DNA from: Candidatus Eiseniibacteriota bacterium
GTDB taxonomy: Bacteria > Eisenbacteria > RBG-16-71-46
NCBI GenBank assembly: GCA_963707915.1
Contig: OY970178.1
Coordinates: 2,720,001 to 2,784,000, forward strand
DNA length: 64,000 nucleotides
Direction of reading: 5' to 3'
Numbering within the stretch: position 1 is the stretch's first letter; the number at the start of each line of letters is the position of its first letter. Below, one piece after another: positions 1-12,657 of this stretch. The notes under the pieces were generated by a model. That model did no database searches and was not told the DNA's origin. It saw only the letters and a list, made by a program, of their open reading frames with translations. Position numbers and translations under genes: made by a program.

Positions 1-368
1 AGACCTACCTGCAGCCGCTCATCTCGGCGGGCCGCTACGACGACTACAAGGAGCTGGCGCGCTCGGGCTCCTACGAGTTCACCCGCTACGGCCGGGACTA
101 CGACCCCGCCACGGGGCTGGTCGGGACCGCGGCCGGCGACACGTTCTTCGTGGGCCGCCCCGATTTCAACTTCAAGTCGCTGCGCGGGAACGCGGTGCTG
201 CGCTGGGAGTACCGGCCGGGCTCGGTGCTCTACTTCGTCTGGACCCAGGTGCGCACCGACTTCGAGCCCGACGGGGAGCTGCGTTTCGGCCCGGCCTCGC
301 GCCGGCTGTTCGACGCGCAGGCGGACGACATCTTCCTCGTCAAGGCGACGTACTACCTGAACCTCTAG
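1..368 (+). CDS. 3' end of CBM9/DUF5916-family outer-membrane protein (partial, paralog 1)
   Basis: Reads TYLQPLISAGRY...FNFKSLRGNAVLRWEYRPGSVLYFVWTQ...DDIFLVKATYYLNL*, nearly identical to the C-termini of the genes at 19348 and 22290. Confidence 0.85.
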   Translation, partial: TYLQPLISAGRYDDYKELARSGSYEFTRYGRDYDPATGLVGTAAGDTFFVGRPDFNFKSLRGNAVLRWEYRPGSVLYFVWTQVRTDFEPDGELRFGPASRRLFDAQADDIFLVKATYYLNL

Positions 369-542
369 CCGGACCGTTCACGGACCGCCCACCGAGAGCG
401 CGAGATCCCCGGCAGCCGCAAGCCGTCCGGCGGGTCGCGACGGAGTCGTGTCGTCGACCCGTCGAGGAAGCGCTCCATCAAACGACGCGGCAGAGGTCGG
501 GCCGCTCGCGCCCGCAGGCAGCGGACTCATGAACGGTCCGGG

Positions 543-1277
543 TCAGCGGCCGATGTTGCGCCCGGTCAGGACCAGCACCGCCGTGGCGAAGAGCAGCCTG
601 AAGTCGAGGGCCAGGGAGCGCTCGCGGATGTAGCGGCGGTCGAGATCGAGCGTCTCGGCGAAGGTGAGGTTGTCCCGCCCGGTCAGCTTCGCCAGCGACG
701 TGATGCCGGGGCGGACGCTGAGGATCTCGGTGGCGGCGGCCCCGTAGTAGCCCAGCAGTTCCGGGATCTCCGGCCGCGGCCCCACGAGGCTCATGTCCCC
801 GAGCACCACGTTGATCAGGTTCGGAAGCTCGTCGAGGCTGGTCCGCCGGAGGAATCTCCCGGCGCGTGTGACTCGCGGATCCTCGTCCGGGTGGAAGCGC
901 AGATCGTGCACCTCCTCCGCCGAGTAGTCGTAGTCGTACAGTTCCGGGAAGCGCTGCCGGGCATCCGCGATCATGCCGCGGAACTTCCAGAACGTGAACG
1001 ACCTTCCGCCGCGCCCGATGCGGCGCTGGCGGAACAGGGCGGGCCCCGGGGAGTCGAGCCGCACGGCGAGGGCGATCACCGCCAGCAGCGGACTGATGAC
1101 CAGCAGCCCGAGCCCGGCGAACACGCGATCGCTCGTGGCCTTCGCGATCTCGCCGAGCGGCGTGTAACGCCCGATCGCCGCCGGTGCGGGCGCCGCCGCC
1201 GGCCCCGGCGGCGGGACCATCGTGATGCCATTGCCGTCCGCCGGGTGCGGGTCGTACGGCACGCGCGCGGGGATCAT
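543..1277 (-). CDS. Initiating sugar transferase (undecaprenyl-phosphate sugar-1-phosphate transferase, Bac_transf family)
   Basis: One TM helix, then [46 protein letters not shown] and VRPGIT motifs. Confidence 0.92.
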   Translation of the reverse strand: MIPARVPYDPHPADGNGITMVPPPGPAAAPAPAAIGRYTPLGEIAKATSDRVFAGLGLLVISPLLAVIALAVRLDSPGPALFRQRRIGRGGRSFTFWKFRGMIADARQRFPELYDYDYSAEEVHDLRFHPDEDPRVTRAGRFLRRTSLDELPNLINVVLGDMSLVGPRPEIPELLGYYGAAATEILSVRPGITSLAKLTGRDNLTFAETLDLDRRYIRERSLALDFRLLFATAVLVLTGRNIGR

Positions 1278-2527
1278 GCGGCCTCCCGCAGCTCATCGGC
1301 CGGCCCCGGGCTGGAGGCGTGGACGGCGATGCCGGCGTACCGGTGCGCCACCTTGGTGACCGCGGCGATCACGTCGCGCGCGTCGTCCGCGCTCATCGCC
1401 GCCGACAGCGGCAGGGACAGCGTGCGATCGCCGATGCGCTCGGCGTGCGGGTGGTCCCCCCGCCGGGTGCCGTAGGTCTCGCGGTAGTGCCGGTGCAGGT
1501 GGACCGGCACGAAGTGGATGCCGCTCCCGATGTTCTCGGCCGCCAGGGCGCCCATGAAGCGGCCCCGGTCGCAGTCCAACCCGTCGAGGTCGAGCTCGAG
1601 CGTGTAGAGGTGCCGGGCATGCCGGCTGCCCGCCGACTTCGGCAGCTGGCGTACCCTCACCCCGGGGACGTCCGCGAAGGCCTCGTCGTACATCGCCCAG
1701 ATCGCCTCGCGCACCTTGAGCGAGTCCTCGAGCCGGGCGAGCTGGTGCAGGCCGAGCGAGGCCTGCATGTCGGTCATGTTGTACTTGTAGCCGGGCTCGA
1801 GCGTCTCGTAGGGCATGAACCCGCCCGGCGAGTAGCGCTTCCACGCGTCGCGGTCGAGGCCGTGCAGGCGGAGCGCACGCAGCCGGTCGACGACCGCGGC
1901 GTCGTTGGTGGTGAGCATGCCCCCCTCGCCCGTGGTGAGGTTCTTCGTGGCGTAGAAGCTGAACGCCGTGAAACGGCTGATCGCGCCCACCTTGCCGCCG
2001 CGGTACCAGGTCTCGGCGGCGTGTGCGGCATCCTCGATCACGGTGAGCCCGTGCCGCTCGGCGAGGCCCCCGATCGCGTCCATGTCGCACGGCCAGCCGG
2101 TCATGTGAACCGGCATCACCGCCCGGGTCCGGCGGGTGACCGCGCCCGCGATGCGTTCCGGGTCGATGTTCTGGGTGCGCGGGTCCACGTCCACGAAGAC
2201 CGGCGTCGCTCCGACGTGGGTGATGACGTTCGCCGTGGCGACGAACGTGAGCGGCGTGGTGACCACCTCGTCGCCGGGTCCGACGCCGGCGGCGACGAGG
2301 GCGAGGTGGAGCGCAGCGGTGGCCGAGTTGACGGACACGGCGTGGTCGGCGTGGACGTAGCGCGCGAAATCCTCCTCGAACCGCAGGCACTTGGGACCGA
2401 AGCCGATCCAGCCGGACCGCAGCGTATCCACCATCTCGGCGATCTCCTCCTCGCCGATCAACGGCCGACCGAACACCAGGAACTCCTCCCGGACCGGGCG
2501 CCCACCCTCCGACGCAAGTCGCGACAT
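1274..2527 (-). CDS. DegT/DnrJ/EryC1/StrS PLP-dependent sugar aminotransferase
   Basis: NSATAALHLAL, IEDAAHA, FSFYATKNLTTGEGGM (PLP lysine), GYKYNMTD; start MSRLASEGG with a GGAGG RBS. Confidence 0.95.
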   Translation of the reverse strand: MSRLASEGGRPVREEFLVFGRPLIGEEEIAEMVDTLRSGWIGFGPKCLRFEEDFARYVHADHAVSVNSATAALHLALVAAGVGPGDEVVTTPLTFVATANVITHVGATPVFVDVDPRTQNIDPERIAGAVTRRTRAVMPVHMTGWPCDMDAIGGLAERHGLTVIEDAAHAAETWYRGGKVGAISRFTAFSFYATKNLTTGEGGMLTTNDAAVVDRLRALRLHGLDRDAWKRYSPGGFMPYETLEPGYKYNMTDMQASLGLHQLARLEDSLKVREAIWAMYDEAFADVPGVRVRQLPKSAGSRHARHLYTLELDLDGLDCDRGRFMGALAAENIGSGIHFVPVHLHRHYRETYGTRRGDHPHAERIGDRTLSLPLSAAMSADDARDVIAAVTKVAHRYAGIAVHASSPGPADELREAA

Positions 2528-2625
2528 GCCATTCCTCCAGGTTCCATCGGTGGATCTTGGTCCTCGTCCGGCGGCGTCCCGGTGGACGGGCGCGCGTCGG
2601 GGCGGACCCCGGCGGAGCCGCTCGA

Positions 2626-3660
2626 CTACGACTCCGGACAGCGACTGCAGTGCAGCGGAAGCGACGAGGGGTCGGACAGGAACGGCTCGATGACCCCGTG
2701 CAACAGGGCCCTGCGCTGGTCGATGGTGAAGCGCGACCCCACGCGGTCCTGCGCCGAACGGCCTGCCTCCGGCCCGAGCGCGAGCGCGCGGCGGATCCCG
2801 GCGGCGATGTCGCCGGGGTCCGGCGAGCCGATCACCACGCCCGTGTCCCCGACGACCTCCGGCAGCGCGCCGGCGTCGGTGACGACCGGGACCGCTCCGC
2901 AGAGCATGCCCTCCGCCAGCGAGAGGCCGAACGCCTCGTGCCGCGAGGCCTGCACCAGGCAGCGGGCGCGCCACAGCCACGCGACCTTGTCCGCGTGCGG
3001 GAGCCGCCCGGTGAAGGTGACGTTGGGGGTCGCGATGCGCCTGCAGCCGGTCGATGGCGTCGTCCATCCACGCGCCGATCACGACGAAGCGCAACCCGCG
3101 GCAGAAGCGCGGCGGCGCGCACGAACGGCTCGAGCCCCTTGCGGGTCAGGTTGCTCGTGCTGACGCCCCCGATCGTGACGGCGACGTCCTCGCGCGGCGC
3201 CGCCGGGATCGGGATAGCGGGCGGCGTCGAGGCCGTGCGGCACGATGCACGAGCTTCGCCGGGTCGGCCCCGGCCGCGATGCGCCTCGCGGCGCGCGAAC
3301 TCCGAGATCACGATCAGCCGCGTCGCGAGCCGCAGCGTCAGCCGCGTGACGAGGCGCTTGAACCACCCGCGGCCGGCGCCGTAGCCGATCCCGCCGCCGG
3401 TCGCGGTGTCGTAGCCCCCGACCGTGACGATCATGGGCCTGCCCAGCAGGCGGCAGGCCAGCGCCGGGAACAGCGAGTGCCAGCTCGCGAACCACGACAT
3501 CACGACGTCGTTCGACGCGAACGAGCCGCAGCAGGCGCAGCGGCCGGGGCCAGCGCGAGCGGCACTCGACGACGGTGAGGTCGTGGCGCTCGCGCAGCAG
3601 GTCGAGGTCGATCTGGATGTACTCGGACATCTCGCGGTAGAAGTAGGCGATGCGTGCCAT
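2626..3660 (-). CDS. Glycosyltransferase family 4 (frameshifted in this sequence)
   Basis: Pieces in different frames: MARIAYFYREMSEY.., SWFASWHS..VGGYD, RKGLEPFVRAA, SRHEAFGLSLAEGMLCGAVPVV (EX7E motif). Confidence 0.8.
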
Positions 3661-3662
3661 GG

Positions 3663-4807
3663 TCAGGCCCCCGCCGCGCACGACGGGTCCGCCGCGCCGC
3701 CGGGCCCGCGCCGCGCGCCGCGACGTGGGCGAGCACGTCCTCGAGGCGCCGCTCGTAGGTGTAGCCGCCCGCCCAGCAGCGCCGCCGGCCGGCCTCGGCG
3801 ATGCGCGCCCGCTCGTCCTCGTGCGCCAGGTACCAGCGGACCTTCTCGAGCAGCTCGTCGTCGGACGAGAAGTACACGGCCTCCCGGTCCTCCTCGAACA
3901 GCGCCAGGTGCTCCTCGGTGCGCTCGGCGAGCATGAACCCGCCGCACGCCGGGATCTCGACGCTGCGGGTGGTGTGGCGGTCGCGGTTCACCTTGCGCAG
4001 GAAGCAGAGGTTGATGCGGAACGCGGAGACGGCGCTGGCGTAGTCGTCGCTCCACAGCGGCCGGCCCTCGATGCGCAGGTTCGGGGTGCGACGGGCGCAG
4101 GCGGCCCCAGGGCCCCCAGATCCGCACCGGCACGCCGTGGCGGGCCAGGTGGAGCATCGAGGCGCGTCCGCTCGGCCTCGGGCCAGCCGACGAAGCCGAC
4201 CTCGCCGCCGAAGCCGCGCGCGGACCTCCGGCGTGACCGGCATGGGCCGGTGCACCAGCGGGTCGAACGCCTTGTCCACGTGGAAGACGTCGCGCGCGCC
4301 GGCCGCGCGCAGCTCGGACAGGTTGTGGCGCTTGGTGGTGACGTGCAGGTCGTAGAGCGGCAGGCCCGCGCGCCACTGCCGGGACTGGTTGCGCGGGTTG
4401 AACATGTCGTCGCCCGAGTAGTTGAGCAGCACGGTCTCGCGGCCAGCGCTCGCGCAGCGCGCGCAGGGTGGCCGGCTCGACGGTGAGTCCCTTCTCGATC
4501 CACACCACGTGCGGCGCGCAGCCCGACGTCCAGCGCGCGCAGCTGGCGGTTCACGCCCGCGAGGTCGTGGGGCCCGCCGAGCCGGTGGAACGCCGCGGTA
4601 CGGAAGCGTCAGCGCGACCTTCGACCACGGCGCGGGCAACTCGTCCACGGCGAACACGTCGTGGCCCAGCCGCCGGAACGTGCGACAGCGCTGGAGCGAG
4701 GTGCCGCCCTCCACCAGCGGCCCGACGAACAGGATGCGCCGGGGCGGGACGCGCGAAGACTCGGCCGGGGCGGCGTCCGCGGGCCGCGACGGGACGGAGA
4801 CGCTCAT
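3663..4807 (-). CDS. CgeB-like glycosyltransferase (Glyco_trans_1_2), frameshifted
   Basis: RILFVGPL.., NYSGDDMF, INLCFLRKVNRDRHTTRSVEIPACGGFMLAERT..ELLEKVRWYL..R.RIAEAGRRR; 3' end approximate. Confidence 0.8.
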
Positions 4808-6276
4808 GCGGCCTCCGGGCGGCTGCCCCGGGCGCGCGGCCCGCGCAGCAGGAACAGCGCGATGAGCGCCGGCACGGCGCTGGTGAGGAAGAACTCGATC
4901 TGGACGGCGATCGAGCCCTCGACCAGGTGCACGGCCGCGAGGAAGAAGTAGCCGTAGAGCAGCACCGCGCCCGGCCCCCCGCCGCGCGCCAGGGTGACGG
5001 CGGCCCGCAGCACCCAGCCGAGCAGCGCGAAGCCGGCCAGCACGCCGGCCACGTGGAAGTTGAGGAACAGCTCGCCCGGCAGGGACGGGGACATGTAGGT
5101 CATCGTGCCCCACTCGACCTCCGGCATGCAGAGCTTGGTTGAACCCGAGGCTGAAGCTCTCCGGCTTCGCCGCCCAGCAGCGCGCGCGGGATGAAGAAGG
5201 TGAACAGGTCCAGCAGGCTGCGGCCCCACTGGAGCGGCACCAGGCCCTCGCCGATCGCGTGCAGGACGCGCATGAAGCTGTCCGCGTCGTAGGCCCGGTT
5301 GTAGAACTTGAGCAGCGGCGCGTCGGTGGTCTCGAGGTAGAGCCCCACGCCGTCGAGCCCCGCGATGCCGAGCGAGCGGTAGGCGTAGAACAGCGGGAAC
5401 AGCAGGACGAAGCCGGCGAAGAACCCGAGCACGTGTCCGAGCCGCAGGGGCTTGCGCAGGAAGTGCCAGAACAGCATGGGGGTGAAGAGCACGCGGATCA
5501 GCAGCGACTTGCCGCTGGTGATGAGGTAGAGCGGCACGCTCAGGCAGCAGGCCGAGGCCGAGCCAGAGCCACGGCAGGCGCCGGTCCCCGCGCAGCATCG
5601 CCCCGATCACGAGCACGTGGCAGCCCACGACCGCGAACTCGGTGAGCGCGATCTGCCAGTACCGCCCGACGGCGCCCACGGTGCTGGACGTCCATCGGGT
5701 TCACGGCCGCGGTCGCGAATCCGCCGAGCGAGTGCAGGCGCAGCATCGCGCCGATCCCGCCGATCCCGAGCAGCGCCACGCCCACGGGAACGATGCGCGA
5801 CGTGCGCCACGGCGCCGACAGCAGCGGGGGGCGCGCGAGGTACGCCTCCGCCCACCGTCGCGCGGAGGGCGCGTGGTAGGCGGCGTTCAGGGCGGCGAAC
5901 CCGAGCGCGGAATAGAAGAACATCCAGCCCGCCAACTGGCGGTAGGAGGCCGAGCGCGGGTCGCCCAGCGACGCGCAGGTACGGGCTGTCCACGAAGGTG
6001 AGCACGCCGATCCCGCGCAGCAGCATGGCCAGCAGGAAGTAGGACGCGAAGCACCACATGGCGTCGCCCGGGTCGAGGCCGTGCCGCCAGGCGCGCGCGA
6101 ACGGCCACAGCGCGACGAGCGCCAGCCCCGCGCCGCTCCACCAGACGAACGCGTCCGTCGCCCAGGGGGCCAGCGCCAGGGCGACCGCCGCCCAGGCCGC
6201 AGACCGCCAGGACGCGCACGGGTACGCGCCGCCGGGCGGGAGCGGCGCGAGCGCCGGGCGCAGGGTCGGCGCTCAT
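4804..6276 (-). CDS. wzy: Putative Wzy polysaccharide polymerase (polytopic membrane protein), frameshifted
   Basis: Multiple hydrophobic segments across frames; G+SLLDLFTFFIPRAL and SPSLPGELFLNFHVAGV motifs; position inside the wzx/GT operon. Confidence 0.65.
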
Positions 6277-7356
6277 GCGGCCCGCCGCTCGGCACCCGGC
6301 GCCGGGCGGGCCGGCTCCGCCGGCGTGACGAGCGCCAGGAGGAACCCGACGCCGTAGGCCACGTGCATCACCGCGAGCGCGCCCGGCACGAGCAGCGCCG
6401 CGCGCTCGCGGAGCGCGGCGAGGGACTGCGCGGTCGCGGCCAGCAGGAACAGCGCGTAGGGCCCCAGCACGCAGGCCGGCAGGAACCAGAGCCGCGTCGC
6501 CGCCGCGGCCAGGAACGAGCCGAGCACCGCGCAGACGAAGAGCGCCGGGACGAGGTGACGCGGCGAGCGGGCCAGCCGCCGCGCTTGCGGATGACGCGCA
6601 CCTTCCAGAAGCCGTACCCGAGGTACTGCCGCCACAGCCCGCCCAGGCGGGTGCGGCTGAAGTAGCGCACCGGGATGGCGGGATCCATGACGATGCGGCC
6701 ACCGCTGCGGCGCAGCCGGTCACTCAACTCGTCGTCCTGGTTGCGCACCAGGGTCTCATCGAACCCGCCGATGGCCTCGAACACCTCGCGCCGCCACGCC
6801 CCGAACGGCAGGTGGTCCACCTCGCGCACGGCGTCGGCCCAGCGGAAGGCGGCCCCGCCCACGCCGAACGGCGTGCTCATGGCCCGCGCGATGGCGCGCC
6901 CCATCGTCGTCTCGCCCTCGGCGCGCACCGGGCCGCCCGCGCAGTCCGCCTCGCCGGCGGAGCCTTCGCACGCAGGTGGCGAGGTAGTCCGGCGGGATCA
7001 CGCAGTGACCGTCCACCCGCACGATCACGTCGCCGCGCGCGGCGCGCAGCCCGACGTTGAGCCCGCCCGCGACCCGGCGCAGGGGATTGTGGAGCAGGCG
7101 CACGCGCGGATCCCGCAGGGCCAGGCTCGCGACGACCTCGCGGGTGCGGTCGTCCGACTCCCCGTCCACCACCAGGATCTCGACGGCCGCGCGCGGGTAG
7201 GACTGCCGCAGCACGGCATCGAGCGCCCGGGCGATGTAGCGCTCCTCGTTGCGCACCGCCAGGATGACCGAGACGAACGGGTGCTCCGGGAGCGGACCGC
7301 GGGGGATCCGGCGGGACCGCGGCACGCGCGTCGCGTTCCGTCGCGCGCGGGCTCAT
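6273..7356 (-). CDS. Glycosyltransferase family 2 (ExoA-like), frameshifted
   Basis: VSVILAVRNEERYI, VVDGESDDRT, VRVDGH (DxH), GGFDETLVRNQDDEL, LWRQYLGYGFWK, C-terminal TM helices. Confidence 0.85.
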
Positions 7357-8781
7357 CGCGCCCTCCGCCAGCCGCGCCAGCCCGGGCGCGAGCCGCAGCA
7401 ACCCGAGGCCGAGCGCGAGCGGAACGTAGAGCGCCGCGCCCGCCGCGAGCCAGACCCAGACCGGCAGCGGCGCCAGGCGCGGCGCGCGAGCCAGAACAGG
7501 GCGAGCGCGCCGCCGGCCGCGCCGACGCGCAGCAGCGGCCGGAACACGTCGCCGAGTCGGATGCGCCGGCGCAGGCGCGCGGCGTACAGCGCCAGCGCCA
7601 GCGCGAAGCCGGCCACCGAGGTCAGCGCCGCCCCCACCGCGCCCAGGCGCGGCACGAGCAGGAACGCCAGCACCGTCATCGCGCCCAGGGTCGTCCACGC
7701 CACCGCCGCGCGCCGGCGCTCGCCGCCGAGCGCGAGGTTGGTCTGCTCGAGCAGGCCGGTGAGCGCGTACAGCGGCAGCACCCACGCGCCGATCGCCAGC
7801 GCCGGCGGCGCCGGCGACGTAGGCGCGGCCGAAGAGCGCGCCAGCACCTCGGCCGGGAAGAGCGTGAACGCGAGCGCGACCGGCACGCTCAGCGGCCAGC
7901 ACCAGCGCCGCCGAGTCGCCGAGCACCTCGCGGAACACCGGGGAACCGGGCGGCTCGCGCGTCAGCACCGGCATCAGCGGCCACCACAGGATCGCCAGCG
8001 CGCCGATGAACGCGAGCAGCAGGCGGAACCCGGCCGAGAACAGCCCCACCTCGTGCGGCCCGGTCAGCACGCCGGCGAGCAGGATGGGCAGTTGCGTGTA
8101 GCCGATCGCGGCGATCGAGCCCAGCGAGAACATGGAGGAGCGCCGGACGTGCGGCCGCCACGCCGCCAGCGAGAACGCCGGCCGCAGGCGCAGCACGCCC
8201 CGTCGCGCGAGGCGCGGCAGCGTGACCAGCGCCGCGAGGACGAAGCAGCCGCCCCACAGGCCCACCGCCAGCGCCGGGTCGGGGTGCGCCGGGAGCAGCA
8301 CCAGGGTCGCGGCGATGAGGCTCACGGCGTAGACGACGTTGCCGAGCGCGAGCCAGCGGAAGGACTCCAGCCCCGCAGCGCCCAGTCCGGGAACGCGGCG
8401 TAGGCCAGGAAGTAGACCGCCGCGGCGGCGAGAGCCGCGCCGGGTCGCGGGCTCGCCGGGGATGAGGAGGGTGACCGCGAGGTAGAGCGCGGTCAGGACC
8501 AGCGCCGCGAGCAGGCGCGTGCTCCAGAACAGCCCGGCCTGGCCCGGCGGCGCCGCGGTCGCGCGCGGTCTCGCGCGTCGCGTAGCCGCTGTTGAGCGCC
8601 GCGTCACCGACGAGCCAGGCGTACTGCGCGGCCGCCAGCGCGAAGCTGAAGCGCCCGAATCCCGCGACGCCGAGGACCCGGGCGCAGAAGAACGCCAGCC
8701 ACAGCGAGGCGCCGCGGGCGGCCAGGTCGGCGCCGAGGTTCCAGGCGAGGTGCCCCGAGAGCCGTGCCGCGCGTGACTCAC
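7353..8781 (-). CDS. wzx: Wzx-type polysaccharide flippase, frameshifted
   Basis: LAWNLGADL..ARVLGVAGFGRFSFALA, GPHEVGLFSAGFRL, LLVPRLGAVGAALTS; many TM segments; start approximate. Confidence 0.8.
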
Positions 8782-8897
8782 GCCCGCGGATCGGCGACGG
8801 TCCCGCGCCCGGCGGGCGGCGGGACGACCGCCAGCGGCGCCGCGCGTGCGCGGGCGGGCTCCGCCCGGGCTCGCGCCGGACGAGGGCGGGCCCGGTC

Positions 8898-9920
8898 TCA
8901 GCCACGCCGGGCCACCCCGGGCTTCGCGGCCCCCGGCTCCCGCACCAGCACCCACGCGACCCCGCACGCCAGGGCGAGCAGCAGCCCGAGCGCGGCCAGG
9001 ACGCTGCGTCGCGGCGAGCTGCGGAAGGCCGGCGGCACGGCAGGGTCCAGCACGTTGATGACCGGCACGTTCTTCTGCTCCTCCACGCGCGCGATCTCGT
9101 ACTGGCGCGTGAGCGTGAGCATGATCTCCTCCTGGGTGCGCGTCTCGCGCGCCAGGCGCGCCTCCTCGGTGAGCAGGCGCGGCGAGCTGCCGCGCAGGTT
9201 GTTCTCGCGGAACGCGCGCAGGGCGTCCTCCGCCCGGGCCAGGTCGCGCCGGGCCTCCGCCACGCGCGCCTCGATGAAGCGGCGGTTCGCGCCGGCCTGG
9301 GTGTTCATCGAGTGCACGACGATGTCCTGGAGCTCCGCGCACACCGCGGTCGCGACCGCCGCGGCGAGGACCGGATCGTCCAGGCTCACGCGCACGGTGA
9401 GGATGCTGGTGCGCCGGTCGAGGGCCGGGTCCACGCGCCGCCGCAGCTTGCGCACCCCGACGGTCGAGGCGCCGGGCCGCCGGGGCGGGGCGGGTCAGCC
9501 GGTCCAGCAGCACGCACCGTGCGGTTCCGCGCGGTCGGGAAGCGCTGCCCGAGCACGCGCGTGAGCAGCTGGCGGCTGCGCACGATCTCGGGGTAGGTGC
9601 TGACCCCGCTCGTGCTGGCCGCCAGGCGCAGGCCGAACTGCTGCTCCATCATGCCGAGCTGGGGGACAGGGATGCCCAGGTCGCTGCTCTGCGCCTCCAT
9701 CAGCGTCACGCTCGCCACGTACACCGGCGGCAGCAGGAAGGAGAGCGCGAACGCGGCCACGGCCCCGCCGACGGCCAGCGGCCGCCAGCCGCCGGCGGTG
9801 CGGCCGGAGCCGCGCCGGCGCCCGCGCCAGTCGAACCCGGCGCCCGGCTCGCTCGTCGAGCACGAGCAGCGTGCGGCCCGGGGCCGCGGCGGCCGCGGCG
9901 TCGCCGGCGGGCGCGCTCAC
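8898..9920 (-). CDS. wzz: Wzz-like chain-length determinant / polysaccharide co-polymerase (GNVR-type), frameshifted
   Basis: N-terminal TM plus PPVYVASVTL, coiled coil, VINVLDPAVPPAFRSSPRR plus C-terminal TM; no tyrosine-kinase domain. Confidence 0.8.
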
Positions 9921-12194
9921 TTCGACCCCCTGGCTGACGAGGTAGACGGTGGTCGCGGCGCTCGCCAGGATGCCCATCAGGGTCGCGACGTCCTTGAGGT
10001 GGTCCTTGCTGCTCCGGTGGGCGGCCGCGCGGGCACCAGCACGCGGCTGCCCGGGCCCGGCGTGCCGCCCTTCTGCACGCTCGCCGTTCGCCTGGACGAC
10101 CACCGTGCGGCGCTTGTCCGCGTCCGTGGCGGAAGCCGTTCGCCTGCGTGACGTAGTAGCCCACGCCCGCGCCCGCGCGGTAGAGCGCGGTCACCGGGTT
10201 GAACACCGCGCCCTCGATGGTCACGGTCGGCTGCGAAGCGCGGCACCGTGAGCACGTCGCTGGACTGCGAGCACCAGGTTCGACGGGCTGCGCGGGTCGC
10301 GCAGCACCGCGGGCAGGTCGATCCCGAGGCGCTCGGCGCCCGTGCGCGAGAAGCTGGCGCCGGGCGCGTAGGCGAGCTCGGTGAGCCCGCCCGCGCGCTT
10401 CACCAGGTCGGAGATGCGCTCGTCGCGGCGCGTGAGCGCGTAGCGCCCGGGGAAGCGGACCTCGCCGTCCACGCTCACGAACACCTGCTCGCGGTAACTC
10501 CGGGTCGCGGCGCACGAACACCGCGTCCCAGCGCTCGAGCGCGAACGACGAGGCCCGCGAGTCGGCCGAGAGCGTGCGCTCGAGCGGCACCCGCAGCGTG
10601 TCCGCGATGCGCAGGCCCTGCGCCCGCAGGACCACGCGCGCGAGCTCGGCCGACAGGGCGAGGGCGTCGTCCGTGAGGCCGCCCGCCTGGAACACGAGGT
10701 CCGCGAGCGTCATGCCCTCGAGGTACTCGTACTCGCCCGGGCGGCGCACCAGGCCGTCGATGCGTGACGCGCCCGCGCTCCTCGACGTCCCACTTCGAGA
10801 GCACGCCGAGCTCGTCGAGCGGCTCGAGCGCGATGTCGTCCGCCGGGATCGCCGGCGAGCGCGCGCGACAGGTCCACGCGGAGCACCGAGCGCGTGCGGT
10901 CGGCGGCGGTGCGCGTCACCTGCGCGCGGCCCAGGAAGGCCTCGGGCTTGAGCCCGCCCGCCAGCTCCACCAGGTCGCGCAGCCGCAGGCCCGGTCGGTA
11001 CTCGTAGACGCCGGGCTTGAGCACGCTCGCGCCCGAGATCGTGACGGTGTTGCGCCGTTCCTGCCCGATCGGGTACGCGACCAGCTCGTCGGCGTCGCAC
11101 AGCGGCACGTCGCCGCCGCGCCCCTGCGCCGCGCCGGCGAGCGAGACGTCGAGGGCGAGGCGGTCCTGCCCGTGCAGGCTGTCGCGCAGGGCCGGCGGCA
11201 CCACGCGGGTGATCTGGGCGCGCGACAGGTCGGCGTCGGCCAGCGGTCCGCCCGCCATCTGGAGCAGCGCGGTCAGGTTCTCGCCGTCCTTGAGCTCGAA
11301 GAGCCGTTGCGGCGCAGCGGGCCGCTCACCTTCACGCGCCGGCCGACCGGCGGCACGAAGATGACGTCGCCGTTCTGCAGGCGGGTCTCGTCCGCGGCGT
11401 CGCCCGTGAGCAGCAGCCGGTAGAGGTCCACGTGCGCGACGACCTGCCCGCCGCGGATCACGCGCACGTCGCGCAGCGAGCCCGGGCGGGTCGCGCCGCC
11501 CGCGACGTACAGGGCGTTGAGCACGCGCGAGACCGAGCTGACCGTGTAGCCGCCCGGCCTGACCACCTCGCCGAGCAGGAACACCTGGATCGAGCGCAGC
11601 TTGCCGAGCGAGATGTCGAGCGAGATCGTCGAGCCCGGCCCGTCGGGACGCAGTCCGGCGTAGATGCGGGCGAGGACCGCGCGGATGCGCGAGCGCGCGC
11701 CCTCGAGCGTGAGCCCGTTGACCGGGATCGTGCCCACGTCCGGCAGGACGACCGCGCCCTCGCGGTTCACCGTCGCGGTGAGCGCGAGCTGCGCGTCGCC
11801 CCACATCGTGAGGACCAGCTCGTCGCCCGGGCCGACGGGGTAGTCCTGGTCCACCGGACCGTAGGCGAGCGGCTCGAAGGTCGTGGGCGAGTAGCGGAAG
11901 ACCTCGTACCCGAAGGGCTGCGAGTCGTCCGGCGGCGCCGGGACGGGCGCGGGTCGGGTGCTTCGCGTCCGTGGGCGCGAGCGCCTTCAGCGCCGCCGCG
12001 GAGAGGGCGCGGTCGCGGCGGCGCGTGCCCGTCGGGCGCCTGCCCCGCCGCGCGCAGCTGCTCGGGCGAGTAGCCGAGCTGTCGCGCGAGCCGCTGGATC
12101 TCCTCCGGGCTGCGGTCCCGGCCCGGCGACGGAACCGCGCGAATGAAGAGGGGGCAGGCAGGACCAGGGGCACCAGCATCGCGACCGCGATCAT
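9917..12194 (-). CDS. Polysaccharide export protein with Poly_export domain and multiple SLBB repeats (Wza/KpsD-like), frameshifted
   Basis: DYPVGPGDELVLTMWG, VFLLGEVVRPGGY, repeated V..PG.YE..G..L.DLV..AGGL units. Confidence 0.85.
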
Positions 12195-12657
12195 CGAGGA
12201 CCCGGCCCGACGCGGGGCCGGGGTCTGGCGTCGAGGGTTGCTTCGGACCCGATCCGTTGACTCGATCATTCACCGTCCATTGGCATGGGGTGAAGGCGGA
12301 CAACTCGGAGATGTCGGCTCTGCGGGATGTGGAAGCGGGTCCGATTGCCCAACACGCTCTCGGTGGTCGGTGGCTGCATCGCCCCGGTGCGTGCAAACTG
12401 CATGCGTAGACATACTCGTTCTGCTTCAGCGGACCGGTGCGCGGCGCGGCGCTCCGCGGGGCGCCGCCCGCCGGACGCGGGAGCTTCGCTCGCCGCGGGC
12501 GCGGAGCAAGAATGCGTAGGTCTACTCATCAAGCGGGAGGTGCCCCGGCCGATACCACCACCACGAAGTCGCTGTCCGTCGGACGGCGAGCCTGCGGGGT
12601 GGACGTCGTGACCCCGTCTCCACGAAGTCCCGCGCACCTCCTGGGTGGAACCGAGCC

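Noticed and set aside
12195..12657. Divergent intergenic region as a JUMPstart/ops element or mobile-element end
   Set aside because: No GGCGGTAG ops motif, terminal inverted repeats or adjacent recombinase seen
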